Positions 12,228 through 24,570 of a stretch of 64,000 bases of DNA are shown here, piece after piece. The stretch's first letter is position 1; each line of letters opens with the position of its first letter. The translations under genes were made by a program, and so were the position numbers. The notes beneath the pieces were generated by a model. That model did not search any database. It was not told the DNA's origin and saw only the letters and a program-made list of their open reading frames with translations. This stretch comes from Psammoneis japonica (taxonomy: Eukaryota), in the NCBI GenBank assembly GCA_008632985.1, contig QPGO01000065.1, positions 124,001 to 188,000 of the forward strand. The letters run 5' to 3'.

Positions 12228-12769
12228 GGTGTTGGATACCGGTACAACGTGGAGGCAGCGAGCGGAGCTTGTTCTATTTCAATGTTCTCGTCATTGTGTT
12301 GTTGAGTTCAGTTGCTCCGCTATCGGTGTCATTTCTCGTCGTGAATGATATCTACATTTACTAGAGATTAAAAGATTCAAAAGATCTAGAAGGATTTCTT
12401 ATTTTAATATTAATACTCTTATACATTATATTTGTGTAGAAAGTTACGTACATCTTTGGTACAATAAAAATTTTGATCTGTTTCAGGCTTTGTTGCTTCT
12501 GAACACTCCACAGAGGGCCGGCGCGATATACCGGTACGACATACGGTAGGCGATACACTGTAGGGGAGGAAGAAGCTGATCTGCTCTGGGATCTTATTGT
12601 CAATGGTGATGCATCAATGGCAGATGCGTTGAAGTACCAGCCTCACAGGTCTCTCTGGAAGTGGCGAAAGATACTCCAAGCTGGTACGACAGCGAGAGGC
12701 GAGAGGCATACACCGGACACCGGGTCGCGACGATACAGTTCGCAAATCAACCTTCTTCTTGAGAAACTT

Positions 12770-13425
12770 CAAAACTCGCACAGCGATACCTACAGGGCTG
12801 AGGCAGACGAAATTTGTCGGACAGAAGTTCAGATTTTCTCTGCCAAGGGCGGAGCTGATCAGAAATGGATTGAATCGACAATGAAACGCGGTACTTTGAA
12901 AGATCGTATTGCTTCCATAAGTGTGGTGGTCGATACCAATCCTTTTCATAATCTTTATGCCCTTGACAGTCTCTTACAATTGACGTGATGTAGTGCCGAG
13001 AGCAGTGTTCAAACCTGCTCAAGAGTATCTCAAATGGCCATAGAAAACTTTGGCCGAATTGTTTGAGAACACGTTCCTTCCGTCGGATCGAAAGCTCGAC
13101 TCGCTAGAACAACGTGGTGATTTGAAGAAATAATCAAGACACGCTGTATCAGCTCTTTGTTTAACCTTACTTGTCCGAAAGTTTGCTTCGGGCATGGAGC
13201 TTGTAGCTTGACAAGGTTTTGCACTTCGTATTTGTGGATCTCTTTTGCGTTTTGTAGCCCGAAGGTGAGCAGTACGGTAGTTGCTGTCTAACTTGGGTGA
13301 ACAAACTAGGTGACCCGTCGAAGAAAACAGTGTTTTTGTGCTACCGGTAGTCATGAATTACTCTACGCCGTGTCTATCTTGGACCAGCACAAAACCATGC
13401 AACTGGTTATTGCACAAGAGGTATG
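12770..13425 (+). pseudogene. Fragment of MAK21/NOC1/CEBPZ (CCAAT-binding-factor family ribosome biogenesis protein), disrupted
   Basis: Motifs 'KWIESTMKRGTLKDRIAS...NPFHNLYALDSLL', 'FLPSDRKL', 'VNKLGDPSKK' and 'HKTMQLVIAQE' occur in the order I recall for this family, but are split by stops and frameshifts and truncated on both sides. Confidence 0.7.
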
Positions 13426-15654
13426 CCTGTTATAGACTAAGCGCATTGTGAGTAACCTTTTGTTCTCTTTCCTTTATATTAGTATAGGATGACTGCACCA
13501 ACGTGGCTGGAGCATCCAAGAAGCTAGTCACGTTTCGAAGGTCGCTCGCTACGATGCTTGTTGCTACATCAACGCCGCACTGGCGATGAAGAGGAAGACG
13601 TGGCAACGGGTACGTCAGGACGATCCAGCACTAACCACAATATCAATCCATCCGTTCCGTCTATCTACACCTTGCTTTCGCCGGGACAGTACATTTTGCA
13701 AAAGGCAGCATCGATACAAGCCTATTGTCAAGTTGCAGTCAAGAGTCTACTAGCCTGCAAGAACTGTTGTTCTATAGAGGATGAATGCACCTTCATGGCT
13801 GAAGCATCCAAGAAGCGAACCGAGTTTTGAAGCTCGCTCAGCTACGATGCTTGTAGCTACATCAACACCGTGCTCGAAGGCCTTGCTATGGTATGCACGA
13901 CAACAATGAAGAGGAAGACCATCACAACCAAGACTTTCGCGGCTCATCATCATGACTCTACTGCTCGTCCGTCAGCACATGCTTGGCTAATCGCGTCAAA
14001 CCCGACATTAACAGCCCCCCAAAGATTGGTTTGGGTCGGTCAACCGCATCTGTATCAGTACTTGTGTTTGGTTCAGTACCACGGTTTGTATCACCTTGTT
14101 AGATGCATTGGCCATCGCATCGACTTGTCGCAAAGCCGCTCTCAAGACCGTACTGGTGCCCTTGACAAACTGTTTTGGTACATCCCATAGCTCCAAGACA
14201 AATGCAAAAGTCCACAGTCAGTGGCTTATTGACATGGTGGTGACGGTGGCAACTGGTCTTTGCTATGCACGGAAATGTCGTTTAGAAACTCCGCCGTGCC
14301 TTGTTTAGATGTAGGTTCCGACCCTAAGAGATCCACGTCTTGTAACCTGTGTTGAAGTGATGGAGTCAAGACATTGAAGTCAATAGCCACGCGCAACCGG
14401 GCCATGGGGTTTGGTTTACTATGGCATTGGGAAGCAAATTGCCTCTTCTCACGCATGAGCCGCCAAGTGTAAACCGACACGACGTGGCCTTCGTGGTGGC
14501 AATGTAAAATGACATTTGTCGCGTCGTCCTCCAACACTACGGTATACCACATGCGCGTTTCAATTCGGTTTCCGTTCTTGATAATACTGCGAAAGTTCGA
14601 TATAGTGTTCGTGCTTTTGTATTCCACCTCGAGCAGGGCAGGGCATTCATGGATGACAGCAAAGCGGGAGGGATTGTACGTATGCAGTCAATTGTTTCGT
14701 CAAGGCGTCTTGAGTATCTGAGTTTGTATTGGTGACTGCCGTGGTGTCGTTTCTCATAAGTCGTCGTCTTGAAAAGACCAATAAAATTGTCATTGTAGTT
14801 GGAAGGATGAGTAGTAGTATCTTGTGGTTTCCCAAAAGTATCAGAAGCTCCCTTCGACAACAAACGACATTGCTTAGCGGCAGTAGTCGCATTGCTAGCC
14901 TGTATGCGCCTGCTCTAGAGCATTCCGTGTCAAAAGGTTTGCTTCTCAGGACAGCGGCTTCAGTTATGTAAACTGCATGCGTCATTAAACCGAGAATTTA
15001 TAGATGCAGAGGCTAGCCACACCATGCATACAATTCACTCTTTAGCTGGTAAATCTGTATGCCTGATTCCAAGGATGAATCTGGAGGCCTACACACCGCT
15101 GCTCGAGCAATGAGCATTTTTCTTATTGCAAGTCTTGGTCCTTTGAGGGTGCTACAGTATTGCGCTTCAACTCTATTCTTCAATGGTCGTGAGCAAAAAG
15201 TGAGAAAAAATCAAAGTCACGCCAGGTTTCATCCCGTTAGAGCTTGTTCTTAAACACAAAAATCTTCTCACGGATTTTCGGAGGGCATAGCTGCTTAGGA
15301 ATCCACTCACCAACTTTGGTTTAAATATGGAATCAGATCACACTTTGTGGTTCTTGTTCACCTCACGGCTGATTGGGTCATGGATGCAAGTATAGCGTTG
15401 GGGAACGAATGTGGAGATAATCGGAAGACGCCATCACAATCGACTTTTGACGTTGTTGTTGCAACCGTTCGAGGGGAGACTGCTGTTTCGGCCGCCATTC
15501 CTTTGCCGAGAATGGCAAAGGCGCGTCTTGCGATCGCCGTAATTTTGATTATTCTCCTCTTTGCGTCACTTCGTTATTGCAACTCCTTTTTCAATCGTCA
15601 TTCTTGAGAGCAACGGACAAGCACGCTTCGCTTTGCAACAGTCACTCGTCACCT

Positions 15655-16743
15655 TCAAATCATGGAGTGAAGCACGAGTTGCGCAAGCACTGCAGCTGTT
15701 GCCTTTGTTTCTAGAATTTGATGCAAATTGACAATAAGTCCGTTGAATGTATGAATCCGTCTCTTCCAGTCCTTGCTGAACCTTGTCGAGGAATAAGCCG
15801 AAGCCTTCACGTCGGAATTGATGAACGAGATATGCAGCTTTGCACCATCCAGGTCTCGTGTATCGTCGTAAATTCCCTTCAGGTCCCAGGACGAGCGTAT
15901 CTCAGTGAGGTTTGGGACTTTTGTCGATCCTTTCAAAATGGAAGCAGCCACGGCAATGGTACCCGTTCGAAGTCGAGCATCCGCATCCTTCTTATGAGGA
16001 TTAACCGAGGTTACCTTACAGACTTCTTCTGATCCCATCTCAGCAATGCAGTAGAAACCCAAGGGCTCTTGTGGGTCAAACGTAACGGAGTATTCTTTCT
16101 GATGAGAAGCGGTTCTAGCAGAAATAGTGTCCTTGGAGCTCTTGGGTTTCCTCGCCATTTTCCCAGAAACGACAATGCCACTCTCCCGTGTAACCTTGTT
16201 CAGTGACCGTCGGAAACAGTGGGTCTCTTTTTGTATTGAGAAGCAGGGGTGGGAGTCATTTCCACAGACGATTTCCTTTGAATTCTCTTGGAATCGAAGT
16301 TGCGGCATTGCTGCCGTCGCCCTCTTGCTTCTCAGTGGATTCTTGAATTTCCACTTCGGGTGTCGACTGTTCCCCCTTGTTGAAAACGCGATTCCAACCT
16401 TCCCTGCAGCTGCAAGACATTTTGCAGACCAGACCGTACTTGCGATTTCGCTTATGCACGGCCCACATACGGTATTTTCCAAACGGCGAAGGATCTGTGC
16501 ATGGCTCTCTTGGGGATACTCCTCACGAAGTTTCGGGAAGAACTGCAAACGGGTAACCAGTTTGAGTCGTTTGTGAATCATTGCAAGTAATCGACTGAAT
16601 CTTAACGCTGTACTTACCCGTGGCGCGAAGTTGTTTGTGAATCCCACCAAAAAGTCCCCCGCCTTCAAATCCAGAGGTTGCCTATCCGCAGCATGCTTGC
16701 TCTCTTGTTCTGCCAGATATTCGGGAATGATGGTCTCTGTCAA
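15655..16743 (-). CDS. Hypothetical protein, possible PDZ-like segment; probably part of a larger multi-exon or degenerate gene extending towards ~19.8 kb
   Basis: 362-aa ORF. 'YSVTFDPQEPLGFYC...CKVTSV...LRTG' resembles a PDZ start, and 'LRDGDTIVSLHG' at ~18900 is also PDZ-like. Weak evidence. Confidence 0.3.
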   Translation of the reverse strand: MTETIIPEYLAEQESKHAADRQPLDLKAGDFLVGFTNNFAPRVSTALRFSRLLAMIHKRLKLVTRLQFFPKLREEYPQESHAQILRRLENTVCGPCISEIASTVWSAKCLAAAGKVGIAFSTRGNSRHPKWKFKNPLRSKRATAAMPQLRFQENSKEIVCGNDSHPCFSIQKETHCFRRSLNKVTRESGIVVSGKMARKPKSSKDTISARTASHQKEYSVTFDPQEPLGFYCIAEMGSEEVCKVTSVNPHKKDADARLRTGTIAVAASILKGSTKVPNLTEIRSSWDLKGIYDDTRDLDGAKLHISFINSDVKASAYSSTRFSKDWKRRIHTFNGLIVNLHQILETKATAAVLAQLVLHSMI

Positions 16744-16827
16744 GGACGCCAGCCGTTCCGCACACGGGCATTCGTCACTACAGCTGGTGCCAAAGCCTAA
16801 ACGCTTGTGCTGTTTTCACATTGGACT

Positions 16828-17308
16828 AAAAAGAGAAAGATAGAGGTTTGCAGACGAAAGCGTCAGAATTTCGACAGTACAAACTTCCGAGTACATCACC
16901 CCACCACCGCAGTATGAGCGTACCTGTTGACGAACAGAACGTGGATTTTCGAAGCGCCATACTCGATATCCTTGACTTGATCATACTTTTTCGTAAAGGA
17001 AATGTATGATGACAGCTTTTCCGGTTCGGGAGAATGCTGCTTGTCCCTGCTGTTTGACGGTAAACGACTCGAACTTGTATTATGGAGCCACGCGTCACCG
17101 CCAAGGAGGTCCTCATCATGGAAAGAAAAGTCTGTTGCAAAGACATCAATGTCGCCTCTCCTCTGAAAGGAGGAAGTGGGCCACAAGTGTGTCATTACAT
17201 CGAAATGCTTCAACATTGCGTGTTTGCACAAAACAGAGCCGCAACTTGACATACTTCGCCTCTCGTCTGACGGCGTCTTGCAGTAGTGTTTGCAAACGCT
17301 CTGGCGTC
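16828..17308 (+). repeat. ~480-bp direct repeat copy 1
   Basis: Near-identical to 19332-19809. Confidence 0.9.
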
Positions 17309-19331
17309 GCTACCGAAAAAGGTTGTCTACCCGAAGAATAGCCACAAGAGACTCGAGTGCGTCGTCTCCTAGAATGTCGACAAGTTCCAGATTCTCATCC
17401 TCCTTGTTAGATAGTGCCACCCCCTCGGCACGAATCGATCCGTCTGCACACCTCTCGGGAACATACACTGTAGAGAGCTCCGGGCCAAGCTTCCATTTCA
17501 GCTCAATTCCCAAATTGTCCATGTCGGACACAAGCAAGTCCAAATTATGGTTTTGAAGATTCTGCTTCATGATGATATTGACTCGTTCCTTGATCTGCTC
17601 TACGACACGTCGTCGAGCTTGAACATACAGTGAAACAGATCCCTTCGTCTCCCCCAGGAGCATCGTTAATGTGGAATACAACCTTATCTCCCCAAGACGG
17701 CTTGCGGGCGTTCAACCAATCCACTACCCGTTTGTAATGCATGGTGCGGCAGCAAGAGCCTGTCCGTGCCTGGAATGTATCGCGGCAACATCTTGTGAGC
17801 ATGGACCACGACCATGCCTTCGTTTTCTAGGTCTAAGACACGCCCGCCCCTGCCATCGTGAAGTACCTCCAACGAATCGTTAGTATCACGTGCTTTCTTG
17901 TGGCGATCAGCTTCTGTCACCTTTGTTGTAGTCCAAACAAAATCAATCTCCGTAGACGAGTCCTGTTGCTGCCCCTCTTGGTAAGTACACAAGTCCATTA
18001 CTTTACTTCCGACATAGGGTGGCAATGGCGGTGGCGGTGGAGAAGGAGCCCGTTCGGCTGCAAGAATGTATTGATCAATCCTGTCCATCAAATCCCGTTC
18101 TTCGGCTTTGATAATGTCTTGATCGATTTTTTTCCATGAGCCACTTTTCTTCAGCCTTCATAATGGAGTTTTCAATACGCTGCTTGAGTAGAATCCAATC
18201 AGGATCGTCACGAATCAAACTCTGACGTTGCGATGATGGAGTTGGAGAAACAGACATTTCCGTCCTGTCTTCTTGAATTGGCTCGCTCACTTCCTGATAC
18301 TGCGAGTCTTGGTGAGATAGTTCGTTCTCGTCTTGTGTTTCATCGACACTATTTTCACTTGAAGCGATCGGTGGAACCGGAATGCTTGCAGTCGCCCTTG
18401 CGAAAAAGAACCCGTTTCTTGAACTTCTTGTTCTTTATCAGCAATATGATCCCCAAGGATACCTTCCTCTTGCGTGTCTTCCATGGTAGTGTCGTCAATA
18501 TTTTGGTCTCCTTGCTGCGGTGATCTATTCAGCGTGTCGTTGTTGGTGGCGGTGGGCGCGTTTTCCAGCAAGAAATCAATCTGCGTCGAAATCGACTCCC
18601 TCCGCTGAGGAGGCGCGTTATCCGTGGTACTGATCGATTGGGCTTGTATTTGAGGAGCGGGCGGAGGCTGGGATTGAACCGTCGTGACAGCTTGCGTCGT
18701 AGAAACAGAAGCAGTACTATTAGTCGTCGTCTAAACAGAAGCCGTAACACCCCTGTCTTCTTCTTTTTGATTCTTCCTCTCGGAACTTGACCTTGTTGAT
18801 CTTGATACGGTCCACTCACCAGGCTTACGCATTGACGATTGCAACAGGCGGTGCACATCAAATACATCTATGGGTATAGCACTGCCGTGGAGCGAAACAA
18901 TAGTATCTCCGTCACGCAATTTCAAATTTACCATGCGTCACACTCGAAGGGTTCACACGTGACACAATCAGAGAAGAATCATTATTATCAGCGACGCGTA
19001 CTGAGATTCCGAGACGGCCAGCTGGAACCATCAGGGTGACGGGATCTTCTTGATTTTTTTTTTTTTGCGGTTCTTGGCGAGTCGTAACGTCGTCGTTGGT
19101 ATAATGATTTGAAGCAAAAGGAGCAGAAGCATTGCTGCTGGCTTGTGCATTGGGATTGTATTTGCCTACGAATTTCCGACGCTGGAATCAACGCACGCAA
19201 CCCATCAGTGTTGATGAATAAACGCCTGCTTTTCTTAGCGGGTGGCTCCATGGTGAAAGAGAGAGAGGCGGAGTATAATTTGACACAACGAAAACAGGAA
19301 CACGGCAACAATATTATCATGGCCGTAAAAC

Positions 19332-19809
19332 AAAAAGAGAAAGATAGAGGTTTGCAGACGAAAGCGTCAGAATTTCGACAGTACAAACTTCCGAGTACAT
19401 CACCCCACCACCGCAGTATGAGCGTACCTGTTGACGAACTGAACGTGGATTTTCGAGGCGCCATACTCGATATCCTTGACTTGATCATACTTTTTCGTAA
19501 AGGAAATGTATGATGACAGCTTTTCCGGTTCGGGAGAATGCTGCTTGTCCCTGCTGTTTGACGGTAAACGACTCGAACTTGTATTATGGAGCCACGCGTC
19601 AACGCCAAGGTCCTCATCATCGAAAGAAGAGTCTGTTGCAAAGACATCAATGTCGCCTCTCCTCTGAAAGGAGGAAATGGGCCACAGTTGTGCCTTTACA
19701 TCGAAATGCTTCAACATTGCGTGCTTGCACAAAACAGAGCGACAACTTGACATACTTCGCCTCTCGTCTGACATGGTCTTGCAGCAGTGTTTGCAAGCGA
19801 TCTGGCGTC
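19332..19809 (+). repeat. ~480-bp direct repeat copy 2
   Basis: Near-identical to 16828-17308. Confidence 0.9.
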
Positions 19810-21212
19810 ATCCACGTCAGACATAAGCCTCATCCCATGATAACCTGCTTGAAGACTGACACTGCACCCTACGACTGTGGATCTCGAAGTGGGGCAGGCG
19901 CGTCTAGATTGTCGCGACAGCGAGAAAGGGAGGCGGGTGTCACTTGTGGTGATGGAGGCGCGTCGGATCGGCCGCGATACCCACTGCTCCCTCTAGAGAC
20001 CTCATTTTCACCGGTGCGTCAAGGTCCGACTCTTCCGTCACCAAATCCTGTCGAGACGACCTGAGCAACTCCATCAATACGAACATCTCTTGACGCAACC
20101 ACAAAACCGCTCGTAAAACTGTCGATGGCAAAGGAGATCATGAAAGAAAAAAGTCCAGAGCCCAATCCTTTCCAAATCACACAAAGCGAGAGTGAGCAAC
20201 GACCGCACGATAGTTTCGACTCGAGCTGCATTGACATGCAAAGCAGAAGACTTGAACCAGAGCTCATTAGAGGCTTGGTTTTCCCTGATTCAATCCAAGA
20301 ATCACAAAGTACACGGTCTTCTGACGACAACCCTAGATTGATAAGGTACAAAGTCGTTCCCGACAACGACCCGAAAATATTCAGGTCGTGTCTCAAACCT
20401 CGTTTGCAGATTAGAAGGCCACAAGAAACAAAAATTAAAACACAATTTGTTGAGTGTCTTCAGGTATTGTGTGTCTTGAGGTACAGCATGTCTTGAGGCA
20501 TGTCATGACGTTGTGAAACTCGTGTCGACACCGACACAAAACTATGAGCCATTGTTCGTCCGTAGGGGTGATACATTGCTCAAGAGCTTCTCTATATGAG
20601 TTATAAAGACGAAAATGTCAAAGAAAATGGGTGAGATGCTAAAACAAAAGCGCAATACAATTCGATCGCGACAGAGAGCGATAATGAGTCAGTCTCGAAC
20701 CGTGATGTCAATACAAACACCTTATTTCATCTTAAAATTGGCCGCTTACCTTCCAAAAAAGTAACATAAGTTGTTTCTATATGAAGGTAAAGACTAGTAG
20801 ATAGCGTTAGTATTGTTGAAAGGATAGTCAATAGTCTAATAAGCCGCCGCTCCGATTATCATGGATCATGGTGTGTGGTGCTTTGATCAATGATGCGCAC
20901 ACCCTTGAGCAGAGTCTGTCTACGTACCGGTACCGTAGGGCCCTACCGTACGTATCGTTTCCGGTGTATAATAATTAATTAATACTTTAACGGCGGAGTT
21001 CGCACCGTCAAGATTACTTAAGAGACAGTTGACCACGCATGGCAACGCACAACGGTCACCATCGCGGTCCAAACACACGCAAACACGACACAACACACTC
21101 AACCCATCAACACTCACACTTCATCAAAACAAGGGACAAGAATAGAACACACAAGATCTCAAACCGTTTGACATACAACTCATTCGTCCACACCAATCAA
21201 AAGAGAAACTCC

Positions 21213-22442
21213 ATGACTGACTTCATCGAAGCGTCTGTCGTCGTTGGAGCCCAGGTGCCTGCAACAAAGCGGACCATCAGGTTTACGTTTCCAGATTTTG
21301 CTAGTCTCCCACAGAAACGGGGGCAGTCTGTAATTTGTCCATCGCTTCCTTGCTACGGAGCATCATGGCAATTGCTTCTCTACCCACGTGGATGCCGGTT
21401 TTCTGATAAAAACACAGTCTTCGTCACATTGGTTTTGCGCCGCGCCGCCGACATGGGGGGTGAATCATTCAAGGCGAAGCTCAACTTTAGGACCGGAGGA
21501 AGATGGAGTCCCGTCTCCGCACCGATCACGTGGCAGCCAACGGGCGATACAAAGCATGGAATCTCAAATTTCGCAACGCGAGATAACGTCTTGAATCCAG
21601 TAAATGGGTTCCTCGTGAACGGAGCGTTTGTTGTCAACATCGATTTGGAGTTTGTTCCACATTCAACTATTTGGCGTCCATCCAAGACGCTCCAAAAGGA
21701 CATTGCGGGCCTCTACACATCGTTGGAGTACTCCGATGTTACCTTTTCTGTTGGCGGTGTGCTCTTTCCAGCGCACAAGAACATTGTGGCGAAGCGGGCT
21801 CCAGCATTTGCCGACGTTTTCGAGTGCGAATCCAACAACGACAAGAAGGACGAGGCAATTGTGCTTGGCGAAACGATTGATCCTTCGGTCTTTAAGCACT
21901 TCCTTCACTTTGTGTACTCGGACGCGATACCAAAGACCTTTAATTGGTCTAAAGATGCCATAGCGTTACTCGATCTTGCCGACAAGTTTGAGTGCACCAA
22001 TCTCAAGCTCCAGGTTGAAGCGACAATCGCGGAGTATTCAATCACCAACAGTACCTTTGGAAGCTTGCTGGTCTACGCAGATAGGAAAAATTGCCCTCAA
22101 CTCAAGGAAGCTGCTATCAATCACTTTGTGGCTAACCGTGAAGAGTTGTTGAATTCGGAAGAACGCGGTGGCATCCGTGCCATTGAATCGGTTGATTTGA
22201 TCACGGAACTGATGCGGGCGGCCTTTTCCACCCGTAATCAACAAGAGCAAGAGAATGTTGAAAACATGAGCGTTTGTACGATTCGCAGAAAGCTCAGTGA
22301 AGTAGGAGGCGATGTTGACGGCACGAAGGACGCCCTTGCAAAGCGCCTCAAGACGGTTGCCAGTAGTGCTGAGGAGGACGAGAACAGCGGATCAAACCAA
22401 GGATCGGGCGACCAACAGTCGGGCGATGACGAAGATGAGTAG
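21213..22442 (+). CDS. MATH-BTB/POZ domain protein (SPOP/BPM-like) with C-terminal SAP-like motif
   Basis: MATH 'WQLLLYPRG...FVTLVL'; BTB 'YSDVTFSVGGVLFPAHKNIVAKRAP...FKHFLHFVYSD...LLDLADKFECTNLK'; BACK-like 'ADRKNCPQLKEAA'; SAP-like 'MSVCTIRRKLSEVGGDVDGTKDALAKRL'. Start placed at the second ATG (21213). Confidence 0.9.
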   Translation: MTDFIEASVVVGAQVPATKRTIRFTFPDFASLPQKRGQSVICPSLPCYGASWQLLLYPRGCRFSDKNTVFVTLVLRRAADMGGESFKAKLNFRTGGRWSPVSAPITWQPTGDTKHGISNFATRDNVLNPVNGFLVNGAFVVNIDLEFVPHSTIWRPSKTLQKDIAGLYTSLEYSDVTFSVGGVLFPAHKNIVAKRAPAFADVFECESNNDKKDEAIVLGETIDPSVFKHFLHFVYSDAIPKTFNWSKDAIALLDLADKFECTNLKLQVEATIAEYSITNSTFGSLLVYADRKNCPQLKEAAINHFVANREELLNSEERGGIRAIESVDLITELMRAAFSTRNQQEQENVENMSVCTIRRKLSEVGGDVDGTKDALAKRLKTVASSAEEDENSGSNQGSGDQQSGDDEDE

Positions 22443-23929
22443 GTGGTAACTTTAGCTAGCTAGTGTTTCATCTGTTCTCTAGAGAGGGAGTGGGGTTGGT
22501 TTTATGGATCTGAGGGAGACGTTAGTAGCAGATTTGACGGTTGGACCGCGTACATTGCTTCTTCACACGCAATTTGTTTAGTGAAAGTAGTAAAAGTACA
22601 AAAATGATAACGATGATCTATGTGCTCTATATCGTACGCAAACAAGCTATTCATACTCGCGAGCAATCGGGAATACTTGCGGATAAATCAGATCAGGAAT
22701 GAGAGACGAAAACAACATTCAAATCCAACTACTTTTGCCGAGGTGCTGCCTCTGGATACGGCACAGGACTAGAAAAGGTTGAATTTGGGGCAAGTGCCAA
22801 TGTGAGAGACAATATTTGAGCGAAGCTCGATCCCGTCGTGGTGCCGCCACTCCGTACCAACAGAATTTAGTTCGATATTTCGTCGGTCTTGGTGATGTCT
22901 GCGTTTCCCAGACAACCAAAGATATTCTCGAAAGGAAAGAGCGAAACACGATGCTTTGACAAAAAAAATATTTATTGAAAAACGGTCATTAGGCGTTCCT
23001 GTTCATTCAGCTCGCGAGCAATGTTCGTTCCTCTCTTACCCCTCGTCCTTACCACCCGGCGCATCACAGATACGGCAGGCGCCGGCTGATGCGACTGGAT
23101 TGTTGCATCCGTAGTAAAGACCGGCGACTCATTTCATGTAGAACAAAATCATCACCCTCATTGAGGAAGTAAAGCATCGCCAGCGTAATAGGAGCATGTC
23201 GTTTCATAAGTAATGGTCCGCCGGGAAACTGCCGTCTTCGCACGAAACACAGTAAGGTCCATGAGGAGGAGCACAACCGCACTTTTTTAATCCAATGTAA
23301 TTCGCAGCATCACATCCGGCTCCCCACTAGCTACAAAATGATGTAAACAAATCAAATTCGCCACGCGTGAAGGATCCATCACCTGTTTCTAGTAGCGAAA
23401 CAATACCTTGTGCCACCTGACAGGTATATTTCTAATTGGATGGGAACCAGCTGGGTTCCAACCCAGTACTTCTAGATCTGCTTTCTCCTCTCAAGAAATG
23501 TCGTGTCTTCTCCGCAGAGTGAGTATGCGGGTGTGCCCGAGCAACCTCAATAGAAACAAAGTCGATCAAACCCGAACAATTAACAGATGCATCAGCCGCT
23601 GCTTCGGCTTCCCATTCTACACAGGTGTTGTCAGCATCCTTTTCATCGACGTTATAACCCAGATCAGTCCATCCTTCCATATGCGGATCCTCATCGTCAG
23701 AGTTCGCTTTGCCGTGTCCAGAGCTCTTCATCAACTTCTCTGCGAGATAATGAATAAATGCTTCTTCTTCTTCGGCAGAAAAGCTTAACAATAAACGCGG
23801 TGTCATTGACGGGTAAGGACATACGTGCGTCAATTTCGCCGGTTTTCCCGCTGCTGCGTTCCGTTACACTCTTGACAAGTTTCCAATGCTGATAAATACT
23901 CGTCGGAGATTTTGGATTGTTTCAGGTCT

Positions 23930-24570
23930 GCCGAGACCTTGATATACTGCTTCCGATGGAGACCTGATAGATGATTCGACAATGGTTGATGATGGCTTGG
24001 CCACTGAGGTCCGCTCTGGCCATGTCCTCGTCCATATTCAGCGATTCGTGATTATTATCGATCCGTGACAAAGCGGTAGCTTCTTGGTGAGCGTTCTCTG
24101 ACGTTACAGAGTGTTGCATGTTGACGTGTTCTCCAAGAGGAGTAGACCATATCTCAGGTTCAATGCTAGCCATATCGGAGATGGAGAAACGTCCGTTGTC
24201 GTGGTGGTGACTGATTTGGGTTTGAGATTTTGCATCGAGTCTCAACGTAAGGCTTGTCTAGCCTTGATGCATTATTTGATAGAGCGGCGGAATCCGAGTC
24301 AGTACCGGTATCAGACCATGAAGCTCTACTTCAGTGTTTGGGTCAGATGGGCCGATCGCTTCGTTCTGTACGAAAATCGCGATTGAAAGTCGGTATCGCT
24401 CACGAAACTGGCATCTGTCTCTTGATTTTCGGCAAAAGTCTTGTCGCCATCGTGTGGCATTGCTTGTTGAGTCGAATGAGTAGGCAGCGATGAGGCAGCT
24501 TCATCCACATCACTGGTGCGTGATTCTTGTACTTGTACGGTGTGGGAAAGCGTCAAATTATCGTCGGGAG
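23930..24570 (+). repeat. Third, more diverged copy of the 8600-9250 segment
   Basis: Shared minus-strand text 'QHSVTSENAHQEATAL.RIDN...LNMDEDMAR..LSGQAIINHCRI' with 8522-8761 and 44128-44367. Confidence 0.85.

Larger units (their letters stand above)
3000..12470 (+). repeat. Left arm of a large inverted segmental duplication (partner ~40745-48670)
   Basis: Collinear reverse-complement matches, e.g. 3020-3070 vs 48600-48660, 6261-7340 vs 45631-46611, 7959-8830 vs 44059-44933 (near-identical ORFs) and 12340-12470 vs 40745-40880. Confidence 0.9.

Noticed and set aside
21039..21212. N-terminal extension of the BTB ORF
   Set aside because: CA-rich low-complexity leader typical of a 5' UTR; the MATH domain begins after ATG 21213.
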